Assembly (NCBI GenBank): GCA_964464035.1
Contig: CAYXEN010000006.1
Span: forward strand, 649 to 64,648
Length of the DNA stretch: 64,000 nt
Origin: an uncultured bacterium
Lineage (GTDB): Bacteria; Krumholzibacteriota; Krumholzibacteriia; WVZY01
Direction: 5' to 3'
Shown: positions 20,901 to 29,381 of the stretch, one piece after another
Layout: each line of letters starts with the position of its first letter
Position numbering within the stretch: the first letter of the stretch is position 1
Made by a program: the position numbers and the translations under genes
The notes under the pieces: generated by a model
Database searches by the model: none
Told to the model about the DNA's origin: nothing
Seen by the model: only the letters and a program-made list of their open reading frames with translations

Positions 20901-20944
20901 CGGGCGGCAGGGCGTCGCGATTCAATCCGAGCCAGTCGTCGTGA
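17921..20944 (+). CDS. Receiver-domain and PEP/pyruvate-binding (PPDK_N, ATP-grasp) protein
   Basis: Two REC-like segments; GGSLGGKGRG, LSVRSSSLLEDSQ, FAGVYKT, MAVMVQ, PVEIEFA, LLQMRP. Confidence 0.8.
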   Translation: MGADLKLFDKEEFELGYGSRFQRFQDLMRYRVREILLVSSLYDSFILSEDGRLYEELLTEYIGLNLTHMPGITRVSSGHDAIEMVKDLKRFDLIITTRRLEDMHAVAFAEGLRREKIDIPLVLLTYDNRELQELMEHHDLSRFERVFMWQGDFRILLSIIKYIEDKMNVDYDTHLVGVQSIILIEDNVRFYSSYLPMIYTEVMKHTQRLISEGVNPAHKLLRQRARPKILLSDNYEEAWNYFQRYHDNVLGVISDIQFPRGGVSDPEAGFEFAKSVKAMHPDIPVLLQSRDIKNKERAEATGASFLLKNSPMLLHELQRFMKENFSFGDFIFRLPDGTEVGRAKDLKSLEEQLHRVPVESLIYHGERNHFSNWLKARTEFWLAHKLRPRKVSDYASGEELRNELINSLHDLRVEQHRGIVMDYDPKTMEEATSVVRIGGGSLGGKGRGVAFCSTLINTYRIQNEFPGVKISVPSSIILSTDVFHRFLDENKLHDFAIRTDDDEEITRRFVEAELPHEVVRSLKRFIKSFRFPLSVRSSSLLEDSQFIPFAGVYKTFMIPNNHKDYKVRLEQLLSAVKRVYASTFFKHAKTYFKPTPYRLEEEMMAVMVQKLVGVRHGSRFYPDFSGVARSHNFYPMPPMKAADGIASVALGLGKTVVEGGRTLRFCPRYPKHVHQLSTVEFALGYSQMDFWALELPPEDAAFDPCEEFELAKFGLDVAEKDGVLAALGSTYSRENHAIYDGISRNGVRIVSFAPILKGDLFPLARILELLLALGQKGMNTPVEIEFAVNLTVPPGEPKEFHLLQMRPMVINDEVEKIEIEESLSGEIICRSSCVLGNGVVDDIRDIVMVHPGRFKRSESPIAAKEVGFFNHKLAGEGRPYLLIGVGRWGSADPWLGIPVTWDDIWGARVIVECGMKDLKVTPSQGAHFFQNITAARIGYFTIDSEDKDSYVNWSWLASHGLVEEKKFTCHISLEDPLVVVMNGHDGEGVIYLPAGGRASRFNPSQSS

Positions 20945-20984
20945 CCGGCTGCCTGATCCTTTGACGCGCGTTCACCCCCCGCGG

Positions 20985-21013
20985 TTGACTCCATCGATCA
21001 TCGAGTATAGAAT
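20985..21013 (+). promoter_or_regulatory. Putative sigma70 promoter for the thiolase gene
   Basis: TTGACT-N17-TAGAAT. Confidence 0.6.
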
Positions 21014-21065
21014 GAAGCGCTGTAAGGCGAGACGACGTGGTGCATCCTATTTCGGAGGTGGAAAA

Positions 21066-22262
21066 ATGCAATTCGAGAAAGTTTTCATTCCTTACGGTGG
21101 TTACTGGAGTACCCCTTTCAGCAAGTGGCAGATGTCGCTTCAGAGTCTTCACCCTCTGGAATTGGCGGGAGCGGTGGGAAAGGAGACGCTTGCAGCCAAG
21201 AAGATAGATCCCTCGATCTTCGATGAATTCATCCTGGGCTGGACGATTACATCCAAGCATGCTCTCTACGGCGGCCCGTGGGTCGCCGCCATGTGCGGCC
21301 TGGAGAAAGTCACCGGCCCGATGATCTCCCAGGCGTGTGCGACCGGCGCCAGGTGCATAAACACGGCCGCCATGACGATCGAGAGCGGATCGCGCAGCGC
21401 GATATTGAACGTGACGGCGGACAAGTGCTCCAACGGCCCTCACATCGTCTATCCCAATCCCGCCGGGCCCGGGGGGCTGTGCAACTCGGAGAACAGTGTC
21501 TGGGACAACTTCGGTTTCGATCCCTGGGCCAAGGGCAAGGGCGGCATGATCGGAACGGCGGAGAACGTCGCCAAGGAAGCGGGCATAACCAGGGAAGAAT
21601 CGGATGAGTGCGCGCTCGTCCGCTACGAGCAATACCAGGATGCCTTGAAGGACGATCGTGCTTTCCAGAAACGCTACATGGTCCCGGTCACTTTGAACCC
21701 CAGGAAGGGAACGAAGCTGGAGGCCGACGAAGGGGTCTTCCCGACGACGCGCGAGGGATTGGCGAAGCTCAAGCCGGTGATGCCGGACGGAGTAGTGACC
21801 TTCGGTGCGCAGACATATCCGGCGGACGGCAATTGCGGCATCATCATCGCCGCGAAGGAAAAAGCGGCGGAGCTTTCGACCGACAAGAACGTAGTCGTAA
21901 GAGTTTGCTCGTACGGCGAGTACCGCGAAAGACCCAGTTACATGGCTGCCGCGGTCGTTCCCGCGGCGAGACAAGCGCTCGAGCGCGCCGGGATCGGGAT
22001 CGGTGACTGCAAGGCGATAAAGACGCACAATCCCTTCTCCGTGAACGACGTCTTCATGGCCAAGAAGATGGAGATAAAGATCGAGGACTTCAACAACTTC
22101 GGCAGTCCTCTCGTCTTCGGGCATCCCCAGGGGCCGACGGGAACGCGCTGCGTGATCGAGTTGATCGAGGAACTGGTCTTGAAGGGAGGCGGCTTCGGCC
22201 TGTTCGTGGGGTGCGCGGCGGGCGACTCGGCGGCGGCGGTCGTGGTGAAAGTGGAGTGCTAG
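21066..22262 (+). CDS. Thiolase family protein
   Basis: SQACATG (Cys), GAQTYPADG, GHPQGPTG (His), GCAAG (Cys). Confidence 0.88.
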   Translation: MQFEKVFIPYGGYWSTPFSKWQMSLQSLHPLELAGAVGKETLAAKKIDPSIFDEFILGWTITSKHALYGGPWVAAMCGLEKVTGPMISQACATGARCINTAAMTIESGSRSAILNVTADKCSNGPHIVYPNPAGPGGLCNSENSVWDNFGFDPWAKGKGGMIGTAENVAKEAGITREESDECALVRYEQYQDALKDDRAFQKRYMVPVTLNPRKGTKLEADEGVFPTTREGLAKLKPVMPDGVVTFGAQTYPADGNCGIIIAAKEKAAELSTDKNVVVRVCSYGEYRERPSYMAAAVVPAARQALERAGIGIGDCKAIKTHNPFSVNDVFMAKKMEIKIEDFNNFGSPLVFGHPQGPTGTRCVIELIEELVLKGGGFGLFVGCAAGDSAAAVVVKVEC

Positions 22263-22386
22263 GCGGCTGGCTGGATCATCGGGGGAGAGGCGCCGGGATA
22301 AGCCGGTCGGAACTCGATAGCGCGCGAGAAGGCCGGCCGGAACTTGACCGCGCGTGAGGCAGCGTTGCGGGGGTCGAGCCTGCATC

Positions 22387-23202
22387 ATGACGAGACACGA
22401 CGACAATGGACTCGTTTATTACACCTTCGGGCTTCTCGATCGATGCGGGGGTATCCGCCACGGGGCTTCGACCCGCCTCGGCGGGGTGAGCGAGGGTTGT
22501 TACCGAGCGTTGAACCTCGGCCTCCACGTCGGTGACGACGCGAAGAACGTCGTCGAGAACCGCAAGCGGTTCCTGGGCGCGCTCGGCATGGATGCGGCCC
22601 GGCTGGTCACGGCCAGGCAGGTGCACGGGACCCGCGTGACGGTGGTCGGCGATGAAGACAGTGGCCGCGGAGCGTTCGAACACGACACTGCCGTACCCGG
22701 CACGGATGCCCTCGTTACTTCCTCCCTGGACTTGCCGGTGATGATTCTCGTCGCCGATTGCGTTCCGATTCTCTTGTATGATCCGGCAAAGAAGGTGGCG
22801 GGGCTCGCTCACGGAAGCTGGCGCGGCACCATGAACGGGATAGGTGGTGCGACCGTCGCGGTGATGAGGGATCAATTCGGTTCGGATCCGGCCGACATGA
22901 TCGCGTGCCTGGGCCCGTCGATCGGTCCCTGCTGCTACGAGGTCGGCGGGGACGTCTTCGAACTCTTCAGTGCAGTCCGAGCACGGGTTGTGGATGAGAT
23001 TTTCAAGAAGCAAGAGAACGGCAAAGTGAAGCTCGATCTCTGGGAAGCCAACAGGCTGGAACTCATCGAGGCGGGCGTCGAACCCGGGAACATCGAGATC
23101 GCCGGTATTTGCACGTCTTGCAAGAAAGATCTCTTCTACTCGTACCGGGCCGAGCAGGGGCTGACAGGGCGCCTGGGCGTCGCCGTGATGCTCGCCCGAT
23201 GA
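22387..23202 (+). CDS. pgeF: Peptidoglycan editing factor / YfiH-family purine nucleoside phosphorylase
   Basis: STRLGGVS, LNLG, QVHG, ADCVPI, HGSWRG, GPSIGPCCYEVG, CTSC, FYSYR. Confidence 0.9.
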   Translation: MTRHDDNGLVYYTFGLLDRCGGIRHGASTRLGGVSEGCYRALNLGLHVGDDAKNVVENRKRFLGALGMDAARLVTARQVHGTRVTVVGDEDSGRGAFEHDTAVPGTDALVTSSLDLPVMILVADCVPILLYDPAKKVAGLAHGSWRGTMNGIGGATVAVMRDQFGSDPADMIACLGPSIGPCCYEVGGDVFELFSAVRARVVDEIFKKQENGKVKLDLWEANRLELIEAGVEPGNIEIAGICTSCKKDLFYSYRAEQGLTGRLGVAVMLAR

Positions 23203-23227
23203 AATCCCCCGGACGAAGAGGTGAAGA

Positions 23228-23590
23228 ATGTTCATTCGCGATCTATCCAAGTGCAAAGAGATAAAGGCCGGAGACGATACCAGGCTCAGGGAGCTTTTCA
23301 ATCCGCTCAAGGACCAGCTCGATCTTCGCTACAGTCTGGCGGTGGCCGGGGTGGCTCCCGGTGAGACGACGCGCTTGCACAAGCTCGCAAGTTCCGAGGT
23401 CTATTATATGATCCGGGGGGAGGGATGCATGCGCGTTGGTGATGAAAAGTGCGATGTCCGCGAAGGACAAGCCGTCTATATTCCACCGGGATTTCCCCAA
23501 CAGATAACCAATACGGGCGACGAGGAACTCGTCTTCCTGTGCATAGTGGATCCGGCCTGGAAAGAAGAAGACGAAGAGATAATAGGCTGA
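23228..23590 (+). CDS. Cupin domain protein
   Basis: LHKL...EVYYMIRGEG...YIPPG...QQI beta-barrel pattern. Confidence 0.8.
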   Translation: MFIRDLSKCKEIKAGDDTRLRELFNPLKDQLDLRYSLAVAGVAPGETTRLHKLASSEVYYMIRGEGCMRVGDEKCDVREGQAVYIPPGFPQQITNTGDEELVFLCIVDPAWKEEDEEIIG

Positions 23591-23630
23591 GCTCGGCGGG
23601 AAGACGCGATTTCCCGCTGGGTTTGGATAT

Positions 23631-25337
23631 TCAATACCCGGCCGCCTGCCCGTCCTTCCTCGATTCGGACGCCCCGTAGTAGACCCCTCGCTCGGCGTCG
23701 CGGAGTATCGCCTGGTAGCCCCCGTAACCGCCGACGCTCCATGATACCTTGTGTCCCATCTTCATGAGTTTCCTAATGCTCTCGTAAGGGATGCCGCTCT
23801 CGAGCAGCACGGTGCCGCCGTCCGACATCCTTTCGCCGGTCGGCTGGGAGGATCCGGTGTGACGGATGCGGGGAGCGTCTCCAGCCTCCTGCAGGTTCAT
23901 TCCGAAATCGATCATGTTGACGATGATCTGAACGTGCCCCTGCGGTTGCATCGCCCCGCCCATTACGCCGAAGCTCATGAAAGGCTCGCCGTCCTTGGTT
24001 ATGAATCCGGGGATGATGGTGTGGAAAGGGCGCTTGTGGGGCGCGTAGGTGTTGGCGCGTCCCTCTTCGAGATCGAAGAGTTCACCCCTGTCCTGGAGGA
24101 TGAATCCCAGCCCTGCGGGTGAGAGCCCCGACCCCATTCCGCGGTAGTTGCTCTGTATGAGTGAGACCATGTTGCCGTCGGCGTCCGCCGTCGTTAGATA
24201 GACGGTTTCGCCCGCTTCGAGCCTGGGGTCGCCCGCGGGGTAGCTACGGGCGGCGTGCTCGGGGTCGATGAGCTTGCGCCTCTTTGCCGCGTAGGATTTC
24301 GAGATGAGCTCGGCTACGGGTATATCCGCGAAGTCCGGATCGGCGTAGAACTTCGCCCGGTCCTCGAAAGCGAGTTTCTTGGCCTCCACGAAGAGGTGGA
24401 TGTACTCGGCGCTTCCGAATCCCATCGAAGCCACGTCGTAGCCCTCGAGGATGTTGAGCATCTCCAACACGGCTATCCCCTGGCCGTTGGGCGGCAGTTC
24501 CCAGACGTCGTATCCCCTGTAGTTGGTCGAAACCGGCTCGACCCACTCGGAACGATGGTCGGCGAGGTCCCTGTACGAGAGAAAGCCTCCGTTCTCTTTC
24601 ATGAACTTGTCTATCTTCCGGGCGATCTCTCCCTTGTAGAAGACGTCGCGCCCGCCCCCGGCGATCATGTCCAGGGTCCGGGCGAGCCTGGGATTCTTGA
24701 AGACCTCGCCCTTGCGCGGCGCCGTCCCTCCGGGCATGAATGTCTCGGCGAAGCCGGGCCACTTTGCGAGTCGCGGAATGCTAAGCCGCCAGTAATACGA
24801 TATGAGTTCGCTCACGGGAAATCCTTCGCGGGCGTAGCGGATAGCTGGAGCGAGAATCTTCTTCATGGGAAGCCTGCCGAAGCGGTCGTGCATCTCGAAC
24901 CAGCCGTCCACGCAACCGGGCACGGTGACTGGCAGGGGACCGTATGGAGGAATATGCTCGAGGCCCTTCTTCTTGAAATAATCCAGGGTGAGAGAATAGG
25001 GCGAGCGACCGCTTGCGTTCAATCCGTAGAGTTTTTTCGTCTTGGCATCCCAGATGATGGCGAAGAGATCGCCGCCGATGCCGCTGCCCGTGGGCTCCAT
25101 GAGCCCCAAGGCCGCGTCGGCCGCGATGGCGGCGTCGATCGCGTTTCCCCCCTGCTTCAAGATGTCGAGAGCTATCTGGGTCACGAGCGGGTGGCTGGTC
25201 GCCGCCATGCCGCCTCGCGCTATTACTTCGGATCTGCCGGAGAAAGTCCTCCCCGTCATGCGATCGAACGACCGTCCCGCCGCCGGCAAGCAGGCGAGAG
25301 CCGCCGCGAAGAGAAGAAGAAATCCCGGTTTTTTCAT
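23631..25337 (-). CDS. ggt: Gamma-glutamyltransferase, secreted
   Basis: GGNAIDAAIA, EPTGSGIGGD, ELPPNGQG, ETVYL nucleophile Thr, KRPFHTIIP, GVMGG, ESRKDG. Confidence 0.93.
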   Translation of the reverse strand: MKKPGFLLLFAAALACLPAAGRSFDRMTGRTFSGRSEVIARGGMAATSHPLVTQIALDILKQGGNAIDAAIAADAALGLMEPTGSGIGGDLFAIIWDAKTKKLYGLNASGRSPYSLTLDYFKKKGLEHIPPYGPLPVTVPGCVDGWFEMHDRFGRLPMKKILAPAIRYAREGFPVSELISYYWRLSIPRLAKWPGFAETFMPGGTAPRKGEVFKNPRLARTLDMIAGGGRDVFYKGEIARKIDKFMKENGGFLSYRDLADHRSEWVEPVSTNYRGYDVWELPPNGQGIAVLEMLNILEGYDVASMGFGSAEYIHLFVEAKKLAFEDRAKFYADPDFADIPVAELISKSYAAKRRKLIDPEHAARSYPAGDPRLEAGETVYLTTADADGNMVSLIQSNYRGMGSGLSPAGLGFILQDRGELFDLEEGRANTYAPHKRPFHTIIPGFITKDGEPFMSFGVMGGAMQPQGHVQIIVNMIDFGMNLQEAGDAPRIRHTGSSQPTGERMSDGGTVLLESGIPYESIRKLMKMGHKVSWSVGGYGGYQAILRDAERGVYYGASESRKDGQAAGY

Positions 25338-25566
25338 CAATTGTCTCCTTGCCTGGGAACCATGCAGTCTCTAGAATCTCTTGAAACCCGCTTCAGCGAT
25401 GGTGTGCGGGGCACGATTACACTCTCCTATCTATTGCAAGAACGGCGGGTGTACAAGGATAATATTCGCTGAATCAGGCGGGCGGGGATACCGTCGAATA
25501 AATCGTACCACCCGATTGTATATTGCTTCTCGCCCCGAAACGTGCACGGAACCGGCGCCGGACTGA

Positions 25567-26505
25567 ATGAAGACGATAAGATTGATCAAAGGCATTGCTA
25601 CTTACGTTCCGGGCTTGCGCCGGTTCTCCCTTCGCCGGACCGGCGGAACGGACTCGGCGCGCTATTGCTACAGCGTATGGCTCCGGCATCTCGTCAAGGC
25701 GGCCGCCGCCGGCCTGCCCACCGATCCGGAGACTGTAGCGGAGCTGGGTCCGGGTGATTCGCTGGGTACGGGCATAGCGGCACTCCTCTCGGGAGCCACC
25801 ACGTACCACGCCCTCGATGTCGTGAGTTACGCGGCGCGCGATTCGAACATGAGGATAATGCGGGAGCTGGTCGACTTGTTCACGCGGCGCGAGTCCATTC
25901 CCGACGAAGAGGAACTGCCCCGCGTAAGGCCTCTCCTGGATTCCTACGATTTCCCCGGGGACGTGTTGACGGACGAGCGCCTCGGGCGCGCCTTGGCGGC
26001 GCGAAGGTTGAAAGCGGTCGAGGCCGCCGTGGCGGGGAAGAAAGGCGGAGACATTGGAGTGGGTTATATCGTCCCGTGGTGCGATCCGGACGTGATACGA
26101 AAGAACTCGGTGGACATCATCTTCAGCCAGGCGGTGCTCGAACACAGTGAGAACCTCGCTGAAGCGTACGCGGCTATGTACGCGTGGCTCAAGCCCGGCG
26201 GATACATGTCGCACGAGATCGATTTCAAGAGTCACGGGTTCGCCGAGGAGTGGAACGGCCACTGGACGTATTCGGATCTCACCTGGAAACTCATCAAGGG
26301 CAAGAGACCGTATCTCCTCAATCGGGAACCTTGCTCGACGCATTTACGTATCATCGAAGAAACGGGTTTCCGGATCGTTCGCGTGGAAAGGGAGCGGGCG
26401 ACGGGTGGAGCGGCGAGGCGGGATCTGGCGGAGCGCTTTCGCAACCTCCCCGAAGATGATTTGACAACGTGCAGTGTTTTTGTGCAAGCTGTGAAAGAGG
26501 CTTGA
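25567..26505 (+). CDS. Class I SAM-dependent methyltransferase-like protein
   Basis: ELGPGDS motif I; VDIIFSQAVLEH; LKPGG. Confidence 0.75.
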   Translation: MKTIRLIKGIATYVPGLRRFSLRRTGGTDSARYCYSVWLRHLVKAAAAGLPTDPETVAELGPGDSLGTGIAALLSGATTYHALDVVSYAARDSNMRIMRELVDLFTRRESIPDEEELPRVRPLLDSYDFPGDVLTDERLGRALAARRLKAVEAAVAGKKGGDIGVGYIVPWCDPDVIRKNSVDIIFSQAVLEHSENLAEAYAAMYAWLKPGGYMSHEIDFKSHGFAEEWNGHWTYSDLTWKLIKGKRPYLLNREPCSTHLRIIEETGFRIVRVERERATGGAARRDLAERFRNLPEDDLTTCSVFVQAVKEA

Positions 26506-26506
26506 A

Positions 26507-26917
26507 ATGAAGTGTCCTTGCTGCAAAGAACACATGATCGTCCTGGAACTCGACCAGGTGGAGGTCGACTACTGCCTTGCGTGCGGCGGCGTATGGCTCG
26601 ACGCCGGCGAGCTCGAGATCCTTCTCGAGGGCGCGGAAGACAAGGACAAGCTACTCTCGTCGTTGGAGGTGGACGAGGAGACGAAAGAGAAACGGATAAA
26701 GTGCCCCATATGTTCGAACAAGATGGAAAAAGTCCTCTGCGGTCTGGAAGAGAAAGTGAGGATCGACAAGTGCCGCGACGGTGACGGGCTCTGGTTCGAC
26801 AAGGGGGAGCTCAGGGAAATCATCGGCATGGGCACGTTCCATTCCGACAAGAGGGTGTTCGATTTGATAAACGATATTTTCGGAAGCGAAGATGATCGAG
26901 AGAAGCCGCCGGCATGA
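26507..26917 (+). CDS. Tandem zf-TFIIB-type zinc-finger protein
   Basis: CPCC...DYCLACGGVWLDAGEL and CPIC...IDKC...GLWFDKGEL. Confidence 0.82.
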   Translation: MKCPCCKEHMIVLELDQVEVDYCLACGGVWLDAGELEILLEGAEDKDKLLSSLEVDEETKEKRIKCPICSNKMEKVLCGLEEKVRIDKCRDGDGLWFDKGELREIIGMGTFHSDKRVFDLINDIFGSEDDREKPPA

Positions 26918-26971
26918 CGGAAATCGCCCGTGGCCGGCCTGCTCGTTCGCCCTGAAAGGAGGGTACCGACA

Positions 26972-27532
26972 ATGTTTGGATTGTTCATTATTCTCGGTCT
27001 TTTGGTACTGCTGGTGTTTTTCTTCGTCGGGAGCTACAACTCGCTCGTGCGCCTTCGCAACCGTGTCAAGAACGCCTGGTCGCAGATAGACGTCCAGCTG
27101 AAGAGAAGGCACGACTTGATACCCAATCTCGTCGAGACCGCCAAAGGTTACATGAAGCACGAAAGGGAGACGCTCGAACACATAACGGAAGCGAGAAGCA
27201 GGGCCATGGGGGCGCAAAGCGTGGCGGAGAAGGCGAAAGCCGAGGGGGAACTGGCGGGTGCGCTGAGCAAGTTCCTCCTGGTCGTCGAGAACTATCCCGA
27301 CCTCAAGGCCAATCAGAATTTTCTCGCTCTCCAGGAAGAATTGACCTCGACGGAGAACAAGATAGCGTTCGCGCGGCAGAGCTACAACGATCAGGTTCTT
27401 TTCTACAACAACAAGATCCAGATGTTCCCGTCGAACATCATAGCGAATACGTTCAGCTTCAAGCAGGAAGAATTCTTCGAGCTGGAGGACAAGAGCGAAA
27501 AGGCGGTTCCGAAGGTGGATTTCTCCGCGTAA
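26972..27532 (+). CDS. lemA: LemA family protein
   Basis: [44 protein letters not shown]. Confidence 0.93.
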   Translation: MFGLFIILGLLVLLVFFFVGSYNSLVRLRNRVKNAWSQIDVQLKRRHDLIPNLVETAKGYMKHERETLEHITEARSRAMGAQSVAEKAKAEGELAGALSKFLLVVENYPDLKANQNFLALQEELTSTENKIAFARQSYNDQVLFYNNKIQMFPSNIIANTFSFKQEEFFELEDKSEKAVPKVDFSA

Positions 27533-27577
27533 TCGGAATGGAATCGACCGGGGAACGATGATCCGGCAGGTGACGAG

Positions 27578-29020
27578 ATGATGTGGGAAATCATTGCGGC
27601 CAACAAGAGAAAGTCGATGGCTCTCTTCGCCGCCATGGGCGCCTGCCTCCTTGCCCTCGGCTATTTCATCGGGGTGGCCCTGTACGGGGACGGGGGAGGC
27701 ATGGGGGGGCTTTTCATAGCCCTCGGCATATGGGGTTTCCTCTCCGTCATCAGCGTCTTCGCTGGAAGCTCGATCATTCTCGCCTCGAGCCGTGCGCGTG
27801 AGATCAAGCGCGAACATCACCCCCAGCTCTACAATGTCGTGGAAGAGATGAAGATCGCGGCGGGTCTCCCCGCCATGCCCAAGATCTACATAATCGAGGA
27901 CCCGGCTCCCAACGCTTTCGCAACGGGGATCAAGCCGGAGAACAGCGCCATAGCGGTCACCTCGGGACTGTTGGCCAAGTTGAACCGGGACGAGCTCCAG
28001 GGAGTGATCGCCCACGAGATGTCCCACATAATGAACCGCGACGTCCAGTTCATGACCATCGCCGGCATCATGCTCGGGAGCATCGTTCTTCTCTCGGAAG
28101 TATTCTTGCGCAGCCTATGGTTCGGAGGAGGAAGGCGCTCGCGGGTTTCTTCCAAGGGCGGCGGCGGGCAGGCGCAGTTGGTCATAATAGCGGTTGCGAT
28201 CGCCGTTGCGATCCTGGCGCCGATCTTCGCCCGGCTCTTCTATTTCGCCATCTCGCGCAAGAGGGAGTACCTGGCCGACGCGTCGGGCGTGCGGCTGACG
28301 AGATACCCCGAAGGTCTTGCTTCCGCCCTGGAGAAGATAGCGTTCACTCCCAAGCGCATGACGAGTGCGAACAAGGTGACCGCTCCCATGTACATAGTGA
28401 ACCCCTTCCAAGGCCCCGGCGCTTCGCTGTCGGGCTTGAGCAGCACGCATCCTCCCATCGAAGAGAGAATCAGAATCCTTCGTGCAATGGGCGGAGGAGC
28501 CGGCTACTTGAATTATCAGAGAGCTTTCTCAAAGGTGAGGGGAAAGCCTGCGATCATCATTCCGCGCTCCGGGCTCAAAGAGGACGAGAAGATAGAAGTT
28601 CGTGCACCCTCGGTTTCCAAGGAAGAGGCGGCCGGCGGAAAGGCTTCGGCGCGCGACGCCATCGACGTCCTGCGTGCCGCGAGCGGTTATGCTTTCCTGG
28701 TGTGCGCCTGTGGCCTGAGGATGAAGATTCCTCCCGACTTCGACAAACCTTCGGTCGTGTGCCCGAGATGCGGGCGCGAAAACGCGGTTCCGTTGGCCGT
28801 GCTGGGAGGAGTCGAAGCCGCGCTGAAAGCCGCCGGCGTCGGCAAGCGCGCCGCTGCAGCAACGGAGCGGGAGCCGCTCGTCTACGAGCGTAGCGGCAAG
28901 GGATGGGAGTCATTCAAGTGTTCATGCGGAAGGATAATGCAAATTTCCCCCGCTTTCTCCGCAGGCGTCATGAAATGCCCCGATTGCGGCAGAAAAACCA
29001 AGGTAATTGATAAAACATAG
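27578..29020 (+). CDS. htpX: M48 zinc metalloprotease (HtpX-like) with two C-terminal zinc ribbons
   Basis: PNAFATG, HEMSH, SRKREYLAD, STHPPIEERI; C-terminal CACG/CPRCG and CSCG/CPDCG. Confidence 0.88.
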   Translation: MMWEIIAANKRKSMALFAAMGACLLALGYFIGVALYGDGGGMGGLFIALGIWGFLSVISVFAGSSIILASSRAREIKREHHPQLYNVVEEMKIAAGLPAMPKIYIIEDPAPNAFATGIKPENSAIAVTSGLLAKLNRDELQGVIAHEMSHIMNRDVQFMTIAGIMLGSIVLLSEVFLRSLWFGGGRRSRVSSKGGGGQAQLVIIAVAIAVAILAPIFARLFYFAISRKREYLADASGVRLTRYPEGLASALEKIAFTPKRMTSANKVTAPMYIVNPFQGPGASLSGLSSTHPPIEERIRILRAMGGGAGYLNYQRAFSKVRGKPAIIIPRSGLKEDEKIEVRAPSVSKEEAAGGKASARDAIDVLRAASGYAFLVCACGLRMKIPPDFDKPSVVCPRCGRENAVPLAVLGGVEAALKAAGVGKRAAAATEREPLVYERSGKGWESFKCSCGRIMQISPAFSAGVMKCPDCGRKTKVIDKT

Positions 29021-29381
29021 CTTTTTACCCGCCAGTATATCTTAATCATTTGTTCGATCGATTTTTCCCGAAGCATTCATGCATTATCGTACAAATTGTT
29101 GATGGTGAAAACAGTTACGAGTTATCCACAATCGATTGAATGCATCGTTGTGCACGCGAATGCATGGAAACGACAATATGTTCTTGAACAAACCGGGAAA
29201 AGACGCTATCTTATTAGTAACAAGTTTACACATTCTTTCGCAATCCACATGAATACTCGCGCTGGAATTCGCTGTACAACCTGCATCCCTGTCTGAGCGC
29301 TTTACCGGCCATAAAGGTTGGGTCTTCGAATGAAGGGAAGAATTTCCAAGTGAATATTACTGTCCTCGAGGAGGTGAGCTG

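Noticed and set aside
29096-29296. 66-aa ORF in the AT-rich spacer (also 37726-37971)
   Set aside because: No SD, atypical composition, and overlaps likely regulatory DNA.
29021-29381. Assignment as oriC
   Set aside because: Only one perfect DnaA box, no replication genes adjacent and no strand switch; not annotated as a feature.
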